Assembly (NCBI GenBank): GCA_964527765.1
Contig: CAZGQR010000002.1
Coordinates: forward strand, 135,701-199,700
Origin: an uncultured Planctomycetia bacterium
GTDB taxonomy: Bacteria > Omnitrophota > Gorgyraeia > Tantalellales > Tantalellaceae
Reading direction: 5' to 3'
Length of the DNA: 64,000 nucleotides
Under the pieces are notes generated by a model that saw only the letters and a program-made list of their open reading frames with translations, was not told where the DNA came from and searched no databases. The position numbers and the translations under genes are program-made. Of the stretch, positions 27,830 to 37,195 are shown piece after piece. Every line of letters starts with the position of its first letter. Position 1 is the stretch's first letter.

Positions 27830-28900
27830 ATGAAAGTAGCCATGATGGGCGCTTGGAACACTGATTCGGGGGCTTCGATACATGCGGAGCTCGTGGGAAG
27901 GGAGTGGGTGGAGAAAGGCATAGACCTAAGGGTCTTTTCCTTTTATAAAAATGCCTTTCACGGGACCGCGCTTACCAAAAAAGAGGACGAAGATTATGTT
28001 ACCAGATGTTTTAAAGCGTATGGATTCCCGAATCCCAAGATGGAGACCGCCCCGATCCTTGAAGCAGATTTTGATATATTCGTTGCCCAGGACCTGGGTA
28101 TGCTTCCCATGGCGCATCTTTTGGACATCTTTCCCGAGATCAAGAAAAAAGCAAAGACCGTGAGCGTTGTCCATGACGGGGAACTTTCCAGAAAACCCGG
28201 TTATTTTAAATTCGATTGGGACCATGTGGTATGTTTTGATGACAGGTATTATGATTTTTTGAAGCACGCGTATCCGGAGGGCATCCTGAGCATTATCCCG
28301 TACCCCTCATATCCTTTGAAGCCCGGCGATATGGCGAAAGCCAGAAAGGAATTGGGGCTTCCCAAGGATAAAAAATTGGTCCTTTTATTCGGCCAGGCCG
28401 CCGAGCACGCCTTGAATACGGTCCTTGTCCTGGACCGGCTGGTGGATAAGTACGATATATGCCTGCTTCTGGTCACGGAAGTCGAAAAAGTCCTTAGCGA
28501 GTTCAGGCGTATCCAGGACAGGGTGAAGTTCGATTTTAAGATCGTGAAAAGATCCCCGGGTCAGGAGCTTTTGTATAAATATCTCCACGCGTCGGATTGC
28601 CTGATCTACAACAAACATCAGGCGCCGGTGGTCGTGGTAGGGAGCAGCATATTCCAGTGTCTCGGTTCGACGTGCCCCATTCTCGCCCGGGACACCAATT
28701 ATACCTATGCTTTCAATAAGGAGATCTTGAAACACAGGCATTATTATGATCTGGAGGATAACCTGATCGATGTTTTTGAAAAAGGCAGGAGATATCAGAT
28801 GCAGCAGAGGAGCGTTGAAGATTACCTGGAAGATAACGCTGCTGAGCCGACCGCCGAGAAATTTCTTGCGCTTTTTGAGGACCTTTTGAAAAAAGGCTAA
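27830..28900 (+). CDS. Putative GT-B fold glycosyltransferase
   Basis: MKVAMMG...SGASIHA N-terminus, VVHD, ARKELGLP..LVLLFG and YLHASD. RBS AAGGAGG. Divergent family. Confidence 0.65.
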   Translation: MKVAMMGAWNTDSGASIHAELVGREWVEKGIDLRVFSFYKNAFHGTALTKKEDEDYVTRCFKAYGFPNPKMETAPILEADFDIFVAQDLGMLPMAHLLDIFPEIKKKAKTVSVVHDGELSRKPGYFKFDWDHVVCFDDRYYDFLKHAYPEGILSIIPYPSYPLKPGDMAKARKELGLPKDKKLVLLFGQAAEHALNTVLVLDRLVDKYDICLLLVTEVEKVLSEFRRIQDRVKFDFKIVKRSPGQELLYKYLHASDCLIYNKHQAPVVVVGSSIFQCLGSTCPILARDTNYTYAFNKEILKHRHYYDLEDNLIDVFEKGRRYQMQQRSVEDYLEDNAAEPTAEKFLALFEDLLKKG

Positions 28901-28916
28901 GGGAAAGGAGCACAAA

Positions 28917-29840
28917 ATGGTGTTGAAGAGATATAAGGGTAATCCGATTCTGGCTCCCAGGGAAGAGAACCCGTGGGAATCGATTATGGTCTACAACTGC
29001 GCGGCGGTGTACGTGGGCGGGAAGGTGCACATTCTCTACAGGGCCCAGGGGGCAAAAACAGGCGTTTCGAGGATCGGGTACGCCTCCAGCAAGGACGGGT
29101 TCCATATCGACGAAAGGCTTGATCACCCGGTTTTCGGGCCGAACCCGGCAAGCGATCTTGAATATCTCGGCATAGAGGACCCGCGCCTGACGCAGATAGA
29201 GGACAGGATCTATCTGAATTATACCGCTTACGGCAGCAATATGGGTATGGTGTTTCCCGTGGTCGGTGTCCAGGCCGCATATACATCTATTTCCGTAGAT
29301 GACTTTCTGAATAAAAGATGGAACTGGGGGGAGAGGATATATCCCTTTTACAGGGTGGACAATAAGAACTCGTTCTTTTTCCCTGAAAAAATAAACGGCA
29401 AATATGTTTTTATACACAGGATTCCTCCGCACATGTGGATAGCATATTCCGACGACATGAGGGCCTGGGAGAACCAGAAGATATTAATGAGCCCTCAGTT
29501 CGAATGGGAATATTTTAAGATCGGAGGAGGCGCCCCTCCCATAAAGACGGAAAAGGGATGGATCTTGATATATCACGGCGTGGACAGGAGAATGCAATAC
29601 CGTCTGGGGCTCGCGCTTCTGGATCTGAAAGACCCCGGAAAAGTCGTGGCCAGATACGATAAACCTTTCCTTGAGCCCGAGACCGACTACGAGGTCACCG
29701 GCGTCGTGCCGAACGTGACCTTTACCTGCGGGGCTGTCGCGATAGACGACACTCTGTTCCTGTATTACGGGGGAGCCGATACCGTTGTTTGCGTGGCAAC
29801 AGCCAGGATCAAAGATGTCCTGGATCTTCTCGGAGTATAG
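28917..29840 (+). CDS. GH130-family glycoside phosphorylase/hydrolase
   Basis: NPIL, YNCAA, LYRA, GIEDPR, NKN, HRI, KIGGGAPP, YHGV, PNVTF and YYGGAD. Confidence 0.9.
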   Translation: MVLKRYKGNPILAPREENPWESIMVYNCAAVYVGGKVHILYRAQGAKTGVSRIGYASSKDGFHIDERLDHPVFGPNPASDLEYLGIEDPRLTQIEDRIYLNYTAYGSNMGMVFPVVGVQAAYTSISVDDFLNKRWNWGERIYPFYRVDNKNSFFFPEKINGKYVFIHRIPPHMWIAYSDDMRAWENQKILMSPQFEWEYFKIGGGAPPIKTEKGWILIYHGVDRRMQYRLGLALLDLKDPGKVVARYDKPFLEPETDYEVTGVVPNVTFTCGAVAIDDTLFLYYGGADTVVCVATARIKDVLDLLGV

Positions 29841-29854
29841 CTTGCTGCAAAAAT

Positions 29855-29880
29855 GCGGCCGGGATCAGGGTCCCGGCCGC
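29855..29880. terminator. GC-rich intergenic hairpin
   Basis: GCGGCCGGGA-6nt-TCCCGGCCGC forms a perfect 10-bp stem. An A-tract upstream gives a U-tract only on the - strand. Confidence 0.5.
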
Positions 29881-29899
29881 CTGCTGTGATGATCTGCCC

Positions 29900-32374
29900 A
29901 TGAGTAATGATCAGTCCAAACCGCCGGGAAACCCTCAAACTAGAGGTGCGCCCAAAGGGGCTGTCGTGGAAAGCCTGAAAAGCGCATTTCTCCGCAACCG
30001 GAAGTTTTCTCTCGCGAAGGACCTTTATACCGCCACCGATTACGATAATTTCCAATCCATTGCGATAACGATCCGGGACCGTCTCATCGAGAAATGGATA
30101 CTTACCCAGCAGAGATATCACGATGAGAACTGTAAAAGGGTGTATTATCTTTCCCTTGAGTTTCTTCCCGGGCGCCTTTTGGCCAATAACATATTCAATC
30201 TTGACCTGGAAGAGGAAAGCAAGAAAGCCATGGAGGACCTGGGTCTGGACCTGGAGGACCTTTACGAGCAGGAGATCGACCCGGGGCTCGGTAACGGCGG
30301 GCTGGGCCGGCTTGCCGCCTGTTTTCTGGATTCCATGGCCACGCTCGGCATACCGGCTACCGGCTACGGCATCAGGTACGATTACGGTATATTCAACCAG
30401 AGGATAGTCAACGGATTTCAGGTGGAACTTCCCGATGAATGGCTGAGCCTCGGGAATCCATGGGAGTTCGAGAGGCCGGAATTCACGCTGAAAGTGCAGT
30501 TTTACGGGAAGACCGTCAAGCGCAAAGATAAGAGCGGCAAACTGCGCGTCGATTGGATAGACACGAACGATGTCCTTGCGATGGCATACGATACACCCAT
30601 CCCGGGGTACGGGAACGAGGTGGTCAATAACCTGAGACTTTGGTCGGCCAGAAGCACGGCTGAATTCGACCTCGAATATTTTAACGACGGTGATTATATC
30701 CGCGCGTGCGAGAACAAGATCGTCTCCGAGAATATCTCGCGCGTGCTCTACCCGAGCGATAATGTGTATAAAGGTCTTGAACTGCGCCTGAAACAGGAGT
30801 ACTTTTTCACGGCGGCCTCGATACAGGATATAATCCGCAGGTTCAAGATGCACAATGAGGATTTTCGCTTCTTTCCAGACAAGGTCGCCATTCAACTGAA
30901 CGATACGCATCCCGCCATCGCCATCGCGGAGCTGATGCGCGTTCTGATAGACATGGAACAGCTGGACTGGGATGCCGCCTGGGATATAACGGTCAGGACG
31001 TTCGCTTATACGAATCATACCATCATGCCGGAAGCGCTGGAGAGCTGGCCGGAATCGCTTTTCGGGGAACTTCTGCCCAGGCATCTGGAGCTGATACACG
31101 AGATCGACAGGCGTTTCATGCGCGAGGTCGCAGGCCGTTATCCGCGGGATCATGACAGGGCCCGGCGCATGTCCCTGATAGAAGAGGGACCGGAAAAGAG
31201 ATTAAGGATGAGCCATCTCTGCATTGTCGGGAGCCATTCGGTGAACGGGGTTTCCCGCCTTCATACCGAACTTTTGAAAACGATGCTTTTCAAGGATTTT
31301 TTCGATCTTTACCCGGACAGATTTAACTCGAAGACGAACGGAATAACGCAGAGACGATGGCTCGGGAAAGCGAACCTGCGCCTGTCCGCGCTCATCAACG
31401 ACACGATAGGGGGCGGGTGGGTCACGGACCTGACCCGGCTGAAAAAACTCTCCTCTTTTGCCGCGGACAGTTCGTTCCGCGAAAAATGGAGATCCGTAAA
31501 AAGGGATAACAAGAGGCAATTCGCCGGGTATGTTAAGGACAAGACCGGGATCGTTATCGATACCGATTCCATTTTTGACGTTCAGGTAAAAAGGATCCAT
31601 GAATATAAAAGACAGGTCCTGTTCGCCCTTTATCTGATCTCCCGGTACGTGAAGATAAAAGACAGTCCGGGTAAGAATGTGGTCCCCAGAACGGCCATAG
31701 TCGGCGGGAAAGCCGCTCCGGGCTATGCCATGGCTAAACTTATCATTAAGTTCATAAACAGCATTGCCGATGTCATCAACAAAGACCCCGATATGAAGGA
31801 TAAGCTGAAAGTGGTCTTCATGGAGAATTATTGTGTTTCCCTGGCCGAGCGGATATTTCCCGCCAGCGACCTGTCGGAGCAGATATCCACCGCCGGCAGG
31901 GAAGCTTCCGGCACCGGCAACATGAAGTTCATGCTTAACGGGGCCGTCACTATCGGGACCTGGGACGGGGCAAATATAGAGATCGCGGAAGAGGTCGGCC
32001 CCGACAATATCTTTATCTTCGGCCTTAAAGCGCATGAGATCTTCGATCTAAAGTCTTCCGGCTATGACCCGCGGGAGTATGTAGAGAAAGATCCGGCCCT
32101 GAAAGAGGTGCTTCGCCTGGTCCGGGAGGATTTTTTCTCGCGGTCGGAACCGCAGATATTCAAGCCCCTTTACGATTCGCTCCTCGGGCATGACGAATTC
32201 ATGGTATTCGCCGATTTCAAAGATTATGTCTCCGCGCAGGATAAGGTCTCGCGCGCTTATCAGGACAAGGAAGAATGGACCAGAAGGTCCGTAATGAACA
32301 CCGCCGGTTCAGGCAGGTTTTCCAGTGACAGGACGGTGGCGGAATACGCGAAAGATATCTGGAAAGTGGGATGA
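29900..32374 (+). CDS. glgP: Glycogen/alpha-glucan phosphorylase
   Basis: YYLSLEFL, GLGNGGLGRLAACF, QLNDTHP, YTNHT, VKRIHEYKRQ and EASGTGNMK. Start is uncertain; the 29789 extension overlaps GH130. Confidence 0.95.
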   Translation: MSNDQSKPPGNPQTRGAPKGAVVESLKSAFLRNRKFSLAKDLYTATDYDNFQSIAITIRDRLIEKWILTQQRYHDENCKRVYYLSLEFLPGRLLANNIFNLDLEEESKKAMEDLGLDLEDLYEQEIDPGLGNGGLGRLAACFLDSMATLGIPATGYGIRYDYGIFNQRIVNGFQVELPDEWLSLGNPWEFERPEFTLKVQFYGKTVKRKDKSGKLRVDWIDTNDVLAMAYDTPIPGYGNEVVNNLRLWSARSTAEFDLEYFNDGDYIRACENKIVSENISRVLYPSDNVYKGLELRLKQEYFFTAASIQDIIRRFKMHNEDFRFFPDKVAIQLNDTHPAIAIAELMRVLIDMEQLDWDAAWDITVRTFAYTNHTIMPEALESWPESLFGELLPRHLELIHEIDRRFMREVAGRYPRDHDRARRMSLIEEGPEKRLRMSHLCIVGSHSVNGVSRLHTELLKTMLFKDFFDLYPDRFNSKTNGITQRRWLGKANLRLSALINDTIGGGWVTDLTRLKKLSSFAADSSFREKWRSVKRDNKRQFAGYVKDKTGIVIDTDSIFDVQVKRIHEYKRQVLFALYLISRYVKIKDSPGKNVVPRTAIVGGKAAPGYAMAKLIIKFINSIADVINKDPDMKDKLKVVFMENYCVSLAERIFPASDLSEQISTAGREASGTGNMKFMLNGAVTIGTWDGANIEIAEEVGPDNIFIFGLKAHEIFDLKSSGYDPREYVEKDPALKEVLRLVREDFFSRSEPQIFKPLYDSLLGHDEFMVFADFKDYVSAQDKVSRAYQDKEEWTRRSVMNTAGSGRFSSDRTVAEYAKDIWKVG

Positions 32375-32856
32375 TAGAAAGGCGGGCATGCATGGAAAGA
32401 AGCAGGGGAATAACGATCTACGGTACGGTGATCATCATATTCGGGGCTTATAATCTGATCGGCATCGGGAGCTACAAGCAGTTTTCGATGATGTTCCAGC
32501 CGCTCTCGTCGGTTCTCATCATAGCGCTTTACATGTTCACGATACTTTACGGTATTTGCGGCGTTTATTGCGGGATCAGGATATTAAAACTCGAGGACTG
32601 GGCAAGGCAGGTGATCGTGGGCCTGGCTGCCGTCAGCGTGATCTCGGGCCTCCTGCTGAACAGGATGGTGATGTCGAATTTCAGGGATTTTCTCCTGTCG
32701 GAACAATCCGGCATCTCGCCTGAGCTGATCGAGCCGGTGTACAGGTACACGGTGTTGCTCAGCGCCTTGATCACCGTGTTTGAATTGTCAGTGATATACT
32801 TTTTCACGCGCCCCAAAGTCGTTAACCAGTTCCGGCGGCGGGGATCTGTAAAATAA
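32371..32856 (+). CDS. Hypothetical 4-TM membrane protein
   Basis: Four hydrophobic segments; fills the gap between glgP and the helicase with overlapping stop and start codons. Confidence 0.75.
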   Translation: MIERRACMERSRGITIYGTVIIIFGAYNLIGIGSYKQFSMMFQPLSSVLIIALYMFTILYGICGVYCGIRILKLEDWARQVIVGLAAVSVISGLLLNRMVMSNFRDFLLSEQSGISPELIEPVYRYTVLLSALITVFELSVIYFFTRPKVVNQFRRRGSVK

Positions 32857-34904
32857 TGAAAAAATACGTTTTAAAAGAATCTGCCGGAAGGGTCGAGACA
32901 CATATCGATTTTAAAGGCAACCTGAACCGGCAGCAGTACGAGGTGGTGACAGGCGCGGAAGGGCCGTGTCTTGTCCTGGCCGGCGCGGGCAGCGGGAAAA
33001 CGAGAACGCTCATATACCGGCTCGCGTACCTGCTTGAAAGAGGCGTCTCTCCCAAAAATATCCTCCTCATGACCTTTACGAACAAGGCCGCGCGCGAGAT
33101 GCGGGACCGCACGGAGATGCTTTTGAAATACAGCCCCAAGGGGCTATGGAGCGGGACGTTTCATCATGTCGGGAACAGGTCCCTGCGCATGTACGCCCCG
33201 GAGATAGGATTTAAAAGGGATTTCGGCATACTCGATGAGCATGATTCCCGCGACCTTATAAAGGCCTGCATGAAGAAGGCGAGCGCCAGGTCAAAAGAAG
33301 AAAGATTTCCGAAGCCGTCCGTAGTCCGGTCGATAATAAGCCTTTCCGTGAACACCAAGGACACCGTCGAGGAGGTGCTGGAGGAGAGGTATCCCTATTT
33401 CGCGAGGTTCACGAAGGAGATCGAAGACATAAGGGATCTGTACGAAAAGAAAAAACAGCGTTCGGGCAACATGGATTTCGATGATCTTCTTTCTAAATGG
33501 AAGTGGATGCTTGAGAATGTGCCGGCGGCAAAGCGCCGGTTCAGCGAGCAGTTCAGATACATCATGGTAGATGAGTATCAGGACACCAACTTTTTGCAGG
33601 CGGATATAATAGACGCGCTCGGCGAACGTCACCGTAACGTTCTCGTGGTGGGGGACGACGCGCAGTCGATCTACTCGTTCCGCGGCGCCAGGGTAAAGAA
33701 CATACTTCAATTCCCGGAGAGGTTCAGTGACGCCAGGATATTCAAGCTGGAGACCAATTACCGCTCCACCCCCGAGATACTGGACCTCGCCAATGATTCC
33801 CTGCGGAATAACCGCGACCAGTTCGCAAAGGTGCTCCGGGCGGTGAATCCGTCCTTGGAGGTGCCGGCCCTTGTGGAAGTAAAGGACCTTTATTCCCAGG
33901 CGGGCTTTGTGGCCCAGAGGGTGCTGGAGATGCGCGAGGAAGGGGCGGAACTGAAGGATATCGCCGTTCTTTTCAGGGCTCATTACCAGTCGGCGGAACT
34001 GGAGATGGAACTTGTCAAGCGGGGTATCCCTTACATCGTCCGCGGCGGGATCCGTTTCTTCGAACAGGCCCATATCAAGGATGTGCTGGCTTACCTGAAG
34101 ATCACGGTCAACCCGCTGGATGAAATAGCCTGGGTACGGGCGCTGACGCTTTGTCCGGGGATCGGTCCCGGGTATGCTGAGAAGATATATGAATCTTTTC
34201 GCAAGAGCTCGAGGGACATCACCGCTTTTATACGGAGCCAGGATATTTCCGCAATTGTCCCCAAAAAGGCGCAGAAGGGATATGAGAAATTCCGGGATAT
34301 AATGAAAGCGATAACGGCTCCGGAAGCCGGCAGGGTCCCGGGGGAGCTGGTAAGCATGATACTGGAGTCGGGGTACGAGACGCATGTCCTGACCAATTTC
34401 GAGAACGCCAAGGACAGGATAGATGACATACGCGAGCTTATAAATTTTTCGCATGAATACGAGACCGTTAATACTTTTCTGAACGATATAACGCTGAGGG
34501 AGAGCTTCCGCGGGGAAACTGTCACCGACGGCCCGGAGGAAGATGAGCACCTCGTGCTTTCCACCATACACCAGGCCAAGGGGCTTGAGTGGGAGACGGT
34601 CGTGCTTATAGGGCTTTGCGAAGGGCAGTTCCCGCACCCCAAGGCCATCAAGGAAGAACCGGAGATGGAAGAGGAAAGACGTCTTTTTTACGTGGCCGTG
34701 ACAAGGGCGGAAAAATACCTTTACCTGATCCATCCCCTTACGCGGTATGATTACCAGATGGGTACGGTGATAGCCCGGCGCAGCCGGTTCCTGGAAGAGC
34801 TGCAAAGTGAAGATTATGAGGTGTGGGAAGTCGATTCCTCCCCGGCGCTGGAGGGCGGGACAGGCGAAAATGAAAATAATGATACGGTCATCGAACTTGA
34901 TTAG
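32856..34904 (+). CDS. UvrD/PcrA/Rep family ATP-dependent DNA helicase
   Basis: AGAGSGKT, TFTNKAA, GTFH, VDEYQDTN, VGDDAQSIYSFRGA, NYRS, STIHQAKGLEW and EERRLFYVAVTRA. Confidence 0.93.
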   Translation: MKKYVLKESAGRVETHIDFKGNLNRQQYEVVTGAEGPCLVLAGAGSGKTRTLIYRLAYLLERGVSPKNILLMTFTNKAAREMRDRTEMLLKYSPKGLWSGTFHHVGNRSLRMYAPEIGFKRDFGILDEHDSRDLIKACMKKASARSKEERFPKPSVVRSIISLSVNTKDTVEEVLEERYPYFARFTKEIEDIRDLYEKKKQRSGNMDFDDLLSKWKWMLENVPAAKRRFSEQFRYIMVDEYQDTNFLQADIIDALGERHRNVLVVGDDAQSIYSFRGARVKNILQFPERFSDARIFKLETNYRSTPEILDLANDSLRNNRDQFAKVLRAVNPSLEVPALVEVKDLYSQAGFVAQRVLEMREEGAELKDIAVLFRAHYQSAELEMELVKRGIPYIVRGGIRFFEQAHIKDVLAYLKITVNPLDEIAWVRALTLCPGIGPGYAEKIYESFRKSSRDITAFIRSQDISAIVPKKAQKGYEKFRDIMKAITAPEAGRVPGELVSMILESGYETHVLTNFENAKDRIDDIRELINFSHEYETVNTFLNDITLRESFRGETVTDGPEEDEHLVLSTIHQAKGLEWETVVLIGLCEGQFPHPKAIKEEPEMEEERRLFYVAVTRAEKYLYLIHPLTRYDYQMGTVIARRSRFLEELQSEDYEVWEVDSSPALEGGTGENENNDTVIELD

Positions 34905-34915
34905 AGGAGCGGATC

Positions 34916-35344
34916 TTGGCTGAGAGGCAGTTTGCCGCGGGCGGCATAGTGATCAAGAAAGAGAGAGGAAGGCCGAGGGTGCTCCTCATAAAGGACAGTT
35001 ACGGACGCTGGATCTGGGCCAAGGGGCACATCGAAAAGAAGGAAACCGTAGAAAAAGCGGCGATAAGGGAAGTTTCCGAGGAAACCGGCCTTAAGGAACT
35101 CCGGATAGTGGAGCGGCTGGGAAAACAGGAGTATTATTTTACGCTTAAAGGGAAGCGCATATTCAAAACGGTCTACGTCTTTCTGATAAAGGCCTCTTCC
35201 AGGGAGAAGCTGGCTATCCAGAGATCGGAGATACAGGCCGCCAGGTGGTTCTGGCCGGAAGAGGCCCTGGAAAAGATCGAGTATAAAGGGTCGCGTGACC
35301 TTCTGAAAAAAGCGATCAGCGTCTTCCGCAGAAAATTCTGTTAA
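34916..35344 (+). CDS. NUDIX hydrolase
   Basis: Nudix box KGHIEKKETVEKAAIREVSEETGL. TTG start with RBS GAGGAG. Confidence 0.88.
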   Translation: MAERQFAAGGIVIKKERGRPRVLLIKDSYGRWIWAKGHIEKKETVEKAAIREVSEETGLKELRIVERLGKQEYYFTLKGKRIFKTVYVFLIKASSREKLAIQRSEIQAARWFWPEEALEKIEYKGSRDLLKKAISVFRRKFC

Positions 35345-35350
35345 TTTCTT

Positions 35351-35974
35351 ATGAACAATAAACCGATCAAAGCCATATTTTTTGACCTTGGCAACGTCAT
35401 CGTCGGCGTGGATCCGGAAGCGGCCGGCAGGAAGTACCACGCCCGCTGTAAGGCGGAAGAGGACGAGATCCTCGATTATATCAGGGATTCGGATAACATG
35501 AACAGGTACCAGCGGGGGAAGCTGACCTCTTCGCAATTTTACAATAAGACCTGCAGAGCTTTAAGAATGGATATGGCTTTCAATGAATTTTACGGCGTAT
35601 GGAACAGCATGTTTTATCCATACCCGGAGACAGAAGAAATCATAAGGGCCGTCAGGAAAGATTACCCGGACATTAAACTTATCCTCGTGTCCGACACGAA
35701 CGAAGCGCATTACGAATTCATAAAACAGCAGTACAGGGTCCTGGACCTTCTGGATGCGTGCATATTATCGTACGAAGTGGGAAGGCTTAAGCCGCATCCG
35801 GAGGTATTCAACAGGGCATTAAACGCCGCCGGCAGCATTCCCAGGGATACGTTCTATACCGATGACCGCCGGGACTACATTGACGCCGCCAGGATCATGG
35901 GCATCCGCGCTTTTCAATTTACCGGCCAGGAGCAGTTGAGGGAACAGCTGGCCAGGTGCGGGGTCCGCGTTTAA
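35351..35974 (+). CDS. HAD-superfamily phosphatase (YihX-like)
   Basis: FFDLGNVI, VSDTN, KPHPEVF and YTDD. Confidence 0.88.
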   Translation: MNNKPIKAIFFDLGNVIVGVDPEAAGRKYHARCKAEEDEILDYIRDSDNMNRYQRGKLTSSQFYNKTCRALRMDMAFNEFYGVWNSMFYPYPETEEIIRAVRKDYPDIKLILVSDTNEAHYEFIKQQYRVLDLLDACILSYEVGRLKPHPEVFNRALNAAGSIPRDTFYTDDRRDYIDAARIMGIRAFQFTGQEQLREQLARCGVRV

Positions 35975-36867
35975 TCCGAATACCCCATTTCCCTGAGGGC
36001 CCGGGGATCTTTTTTCCACTTTTCGTGGACCTTCACCCAGAGATCGAGATACACGTGCCTTGACAGGAGGCGCTCTATGTCGGCGCGGGCGAGTTGGCCG
36101 ATCCTTTTCATCATCCTGCCGTCCTTGCCGATGACAATGGATTTTTGGGAGGCGCGTTCCACAAAGACCGTCGCGTGGATATTCAGCACTCCGCTTGTCT
36201 CATCCTCGCGCATTTCATCGATGACCACCGCGACCGAGTGGGGGATCTCCTCGTAGGTTTCCGTCAGTATCTTTTCCCTGATGATCTCCCGGACCAGGAA
36301 TAGCTCGCTCTTGTCGGTCAGCTGGTCCTCGGGGTAGAGAAAAGGGCCTTCGGGCAGGTAGGATTTTATTGTTTCCAGGAGCCTGTCCACGTCACCTTCA
36401 TCGAGCGCGCACATGGGGACGATCTCGCTGAAGGGATACAGTTTAGAGGCCTTTTCCATAATGGGCAGGAGAAGCCGTTTATCCTTCACTTTATCGGCCT
36501 TGTTGATCACGAAGATGACCTTTTTACCTTTTTTCGGATCGGGCAGGCGGGCGAAGATATTCTTGTCGTCTTTGTTGAACGCGGTCCTTTTCTCGGTAAT
36601 GAACAGGATTATGTCCGATTCCATCAGTGAGGACTGAGCGCGGGAAAGCATCATCTTTCCAAGAAGGTCATGCGGTTTGTGTATCCCGGGGGTATCGATA
36701 AAGATTATCTGGAAGCCCCTCTCGGTGAGTATGCCGCGTATGACGTCGCGGGTAGTCTCCGGTTTTTTACTGATGATGGCGACCTTTTCTTTTAGAAAGC
36801 CGTTCAGCAGTGTCGATTTCCCCACGTTCGGTTGTCCTGATATGGCAACGATCCCGGATCTTTGCAT
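35971..36867 (-). CDS. era: GTPase Era
   Basis: GQPNVGKST, ETTR, DTPG, NKAD, EEIPH, KH motif IVIGKDG and LWVKV. Confidence 0.95.
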   Translation of the reverse strand: MQRSGIVAISGQPNVGKSTLLNGFLKEKVAIISKKPETTRDVIRGILTERGFQIIFIDTPGIHKPHDLLGKMMLSRAQSSLMESDIILFITEKRTAFNKDDKNIFARLPDPKKGKKVIFVINKADKVKDKRLLLPIMEKASKLYPFSEIVPMCALDEGDVDRLLETIKSYLPEGPFLYPEDQLTDKSELFLVREIIREKILTETYEEIPHSVAVVIDEMREDETSGVLNIHATVFVERASQKSIVIGKDGRMMKRIGQLARADIERLLSRHVYLDLWVKVHEKWKKDPRALREMGYSD

Positions 36868-36901
36868 GATTAGAATAATTATAACACATTTCCCAACTAG
36901 T

Positions 36902-37126
36902 AGGGACGTTTCTCATTTTGTTCCTAGACCGTGAATGGTTTTAATCCCAGACCTGTCCCCAATTTTGTTCTCAGACCTGTCCCCCCCTTTTTTTAAGTAT
37001 TGGGGACAGGTCTAGGATTGAGTGCGGGGACAAGTCTGGGATTGAATTTGGGACAGGTCCAAGTTCAAAATTTTTTACGGTCTGAGTTCAATTTGAGAAA
37101 CGTCCCTTGTAACTCGTCCCTTGTAA
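36902..37126. repeat. Nested inverted-repeat element (REP/REPIN- or MITE-like)
   Basis: Terminal IR AGGGACGTTTCTCA (36902-15) / TGAGAAACGTCCCT (37094-107). Two inner AGACCTGTCCCC copies face three GGGACA(G/A)GTC copies. A 12-bp direct repeat CGTCCCTTGTAA lies at the right end. Confidence 0.8.
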
Positions 37127-37133
37127 AAAAAGA

Positions 37134-37161
37134 TTGGCAATTTGGATTTTAGCCGTATAAT
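37134..37161 (+). promoter_or_regulatory. Putative sigma70 promoter of mgtE
   Basis: TTGGCA-16bp-TATAAT. Confidence 0.55.
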
Positions 37162-37195
37162 AATTATGTTAATATTTAAGCATAGGCGGTAAATA

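Noticed and set aside
29789-29899. N-terminal extension of GlgP in the ORF track
   Set aside because: It overlaps the GH130 3' end and the intergenic hairpin, and the sequence is not phosphorylase-like.
29765-35536. Long antisense ORFs (29765-31153, 33291-34805, 34901-35536)
   Set aside because: They lie opposite glgP, the UvrD helicase and the NUDIX/HAD genes, and are typical codon-bias shadows.
36902-37126. CRISPR array or M-box riboswitch upstream of mgtE
   Set aside because: The repeats are inverted and short with no spacer periodicity, and the element is upstream of the predicted mgtE promoter.
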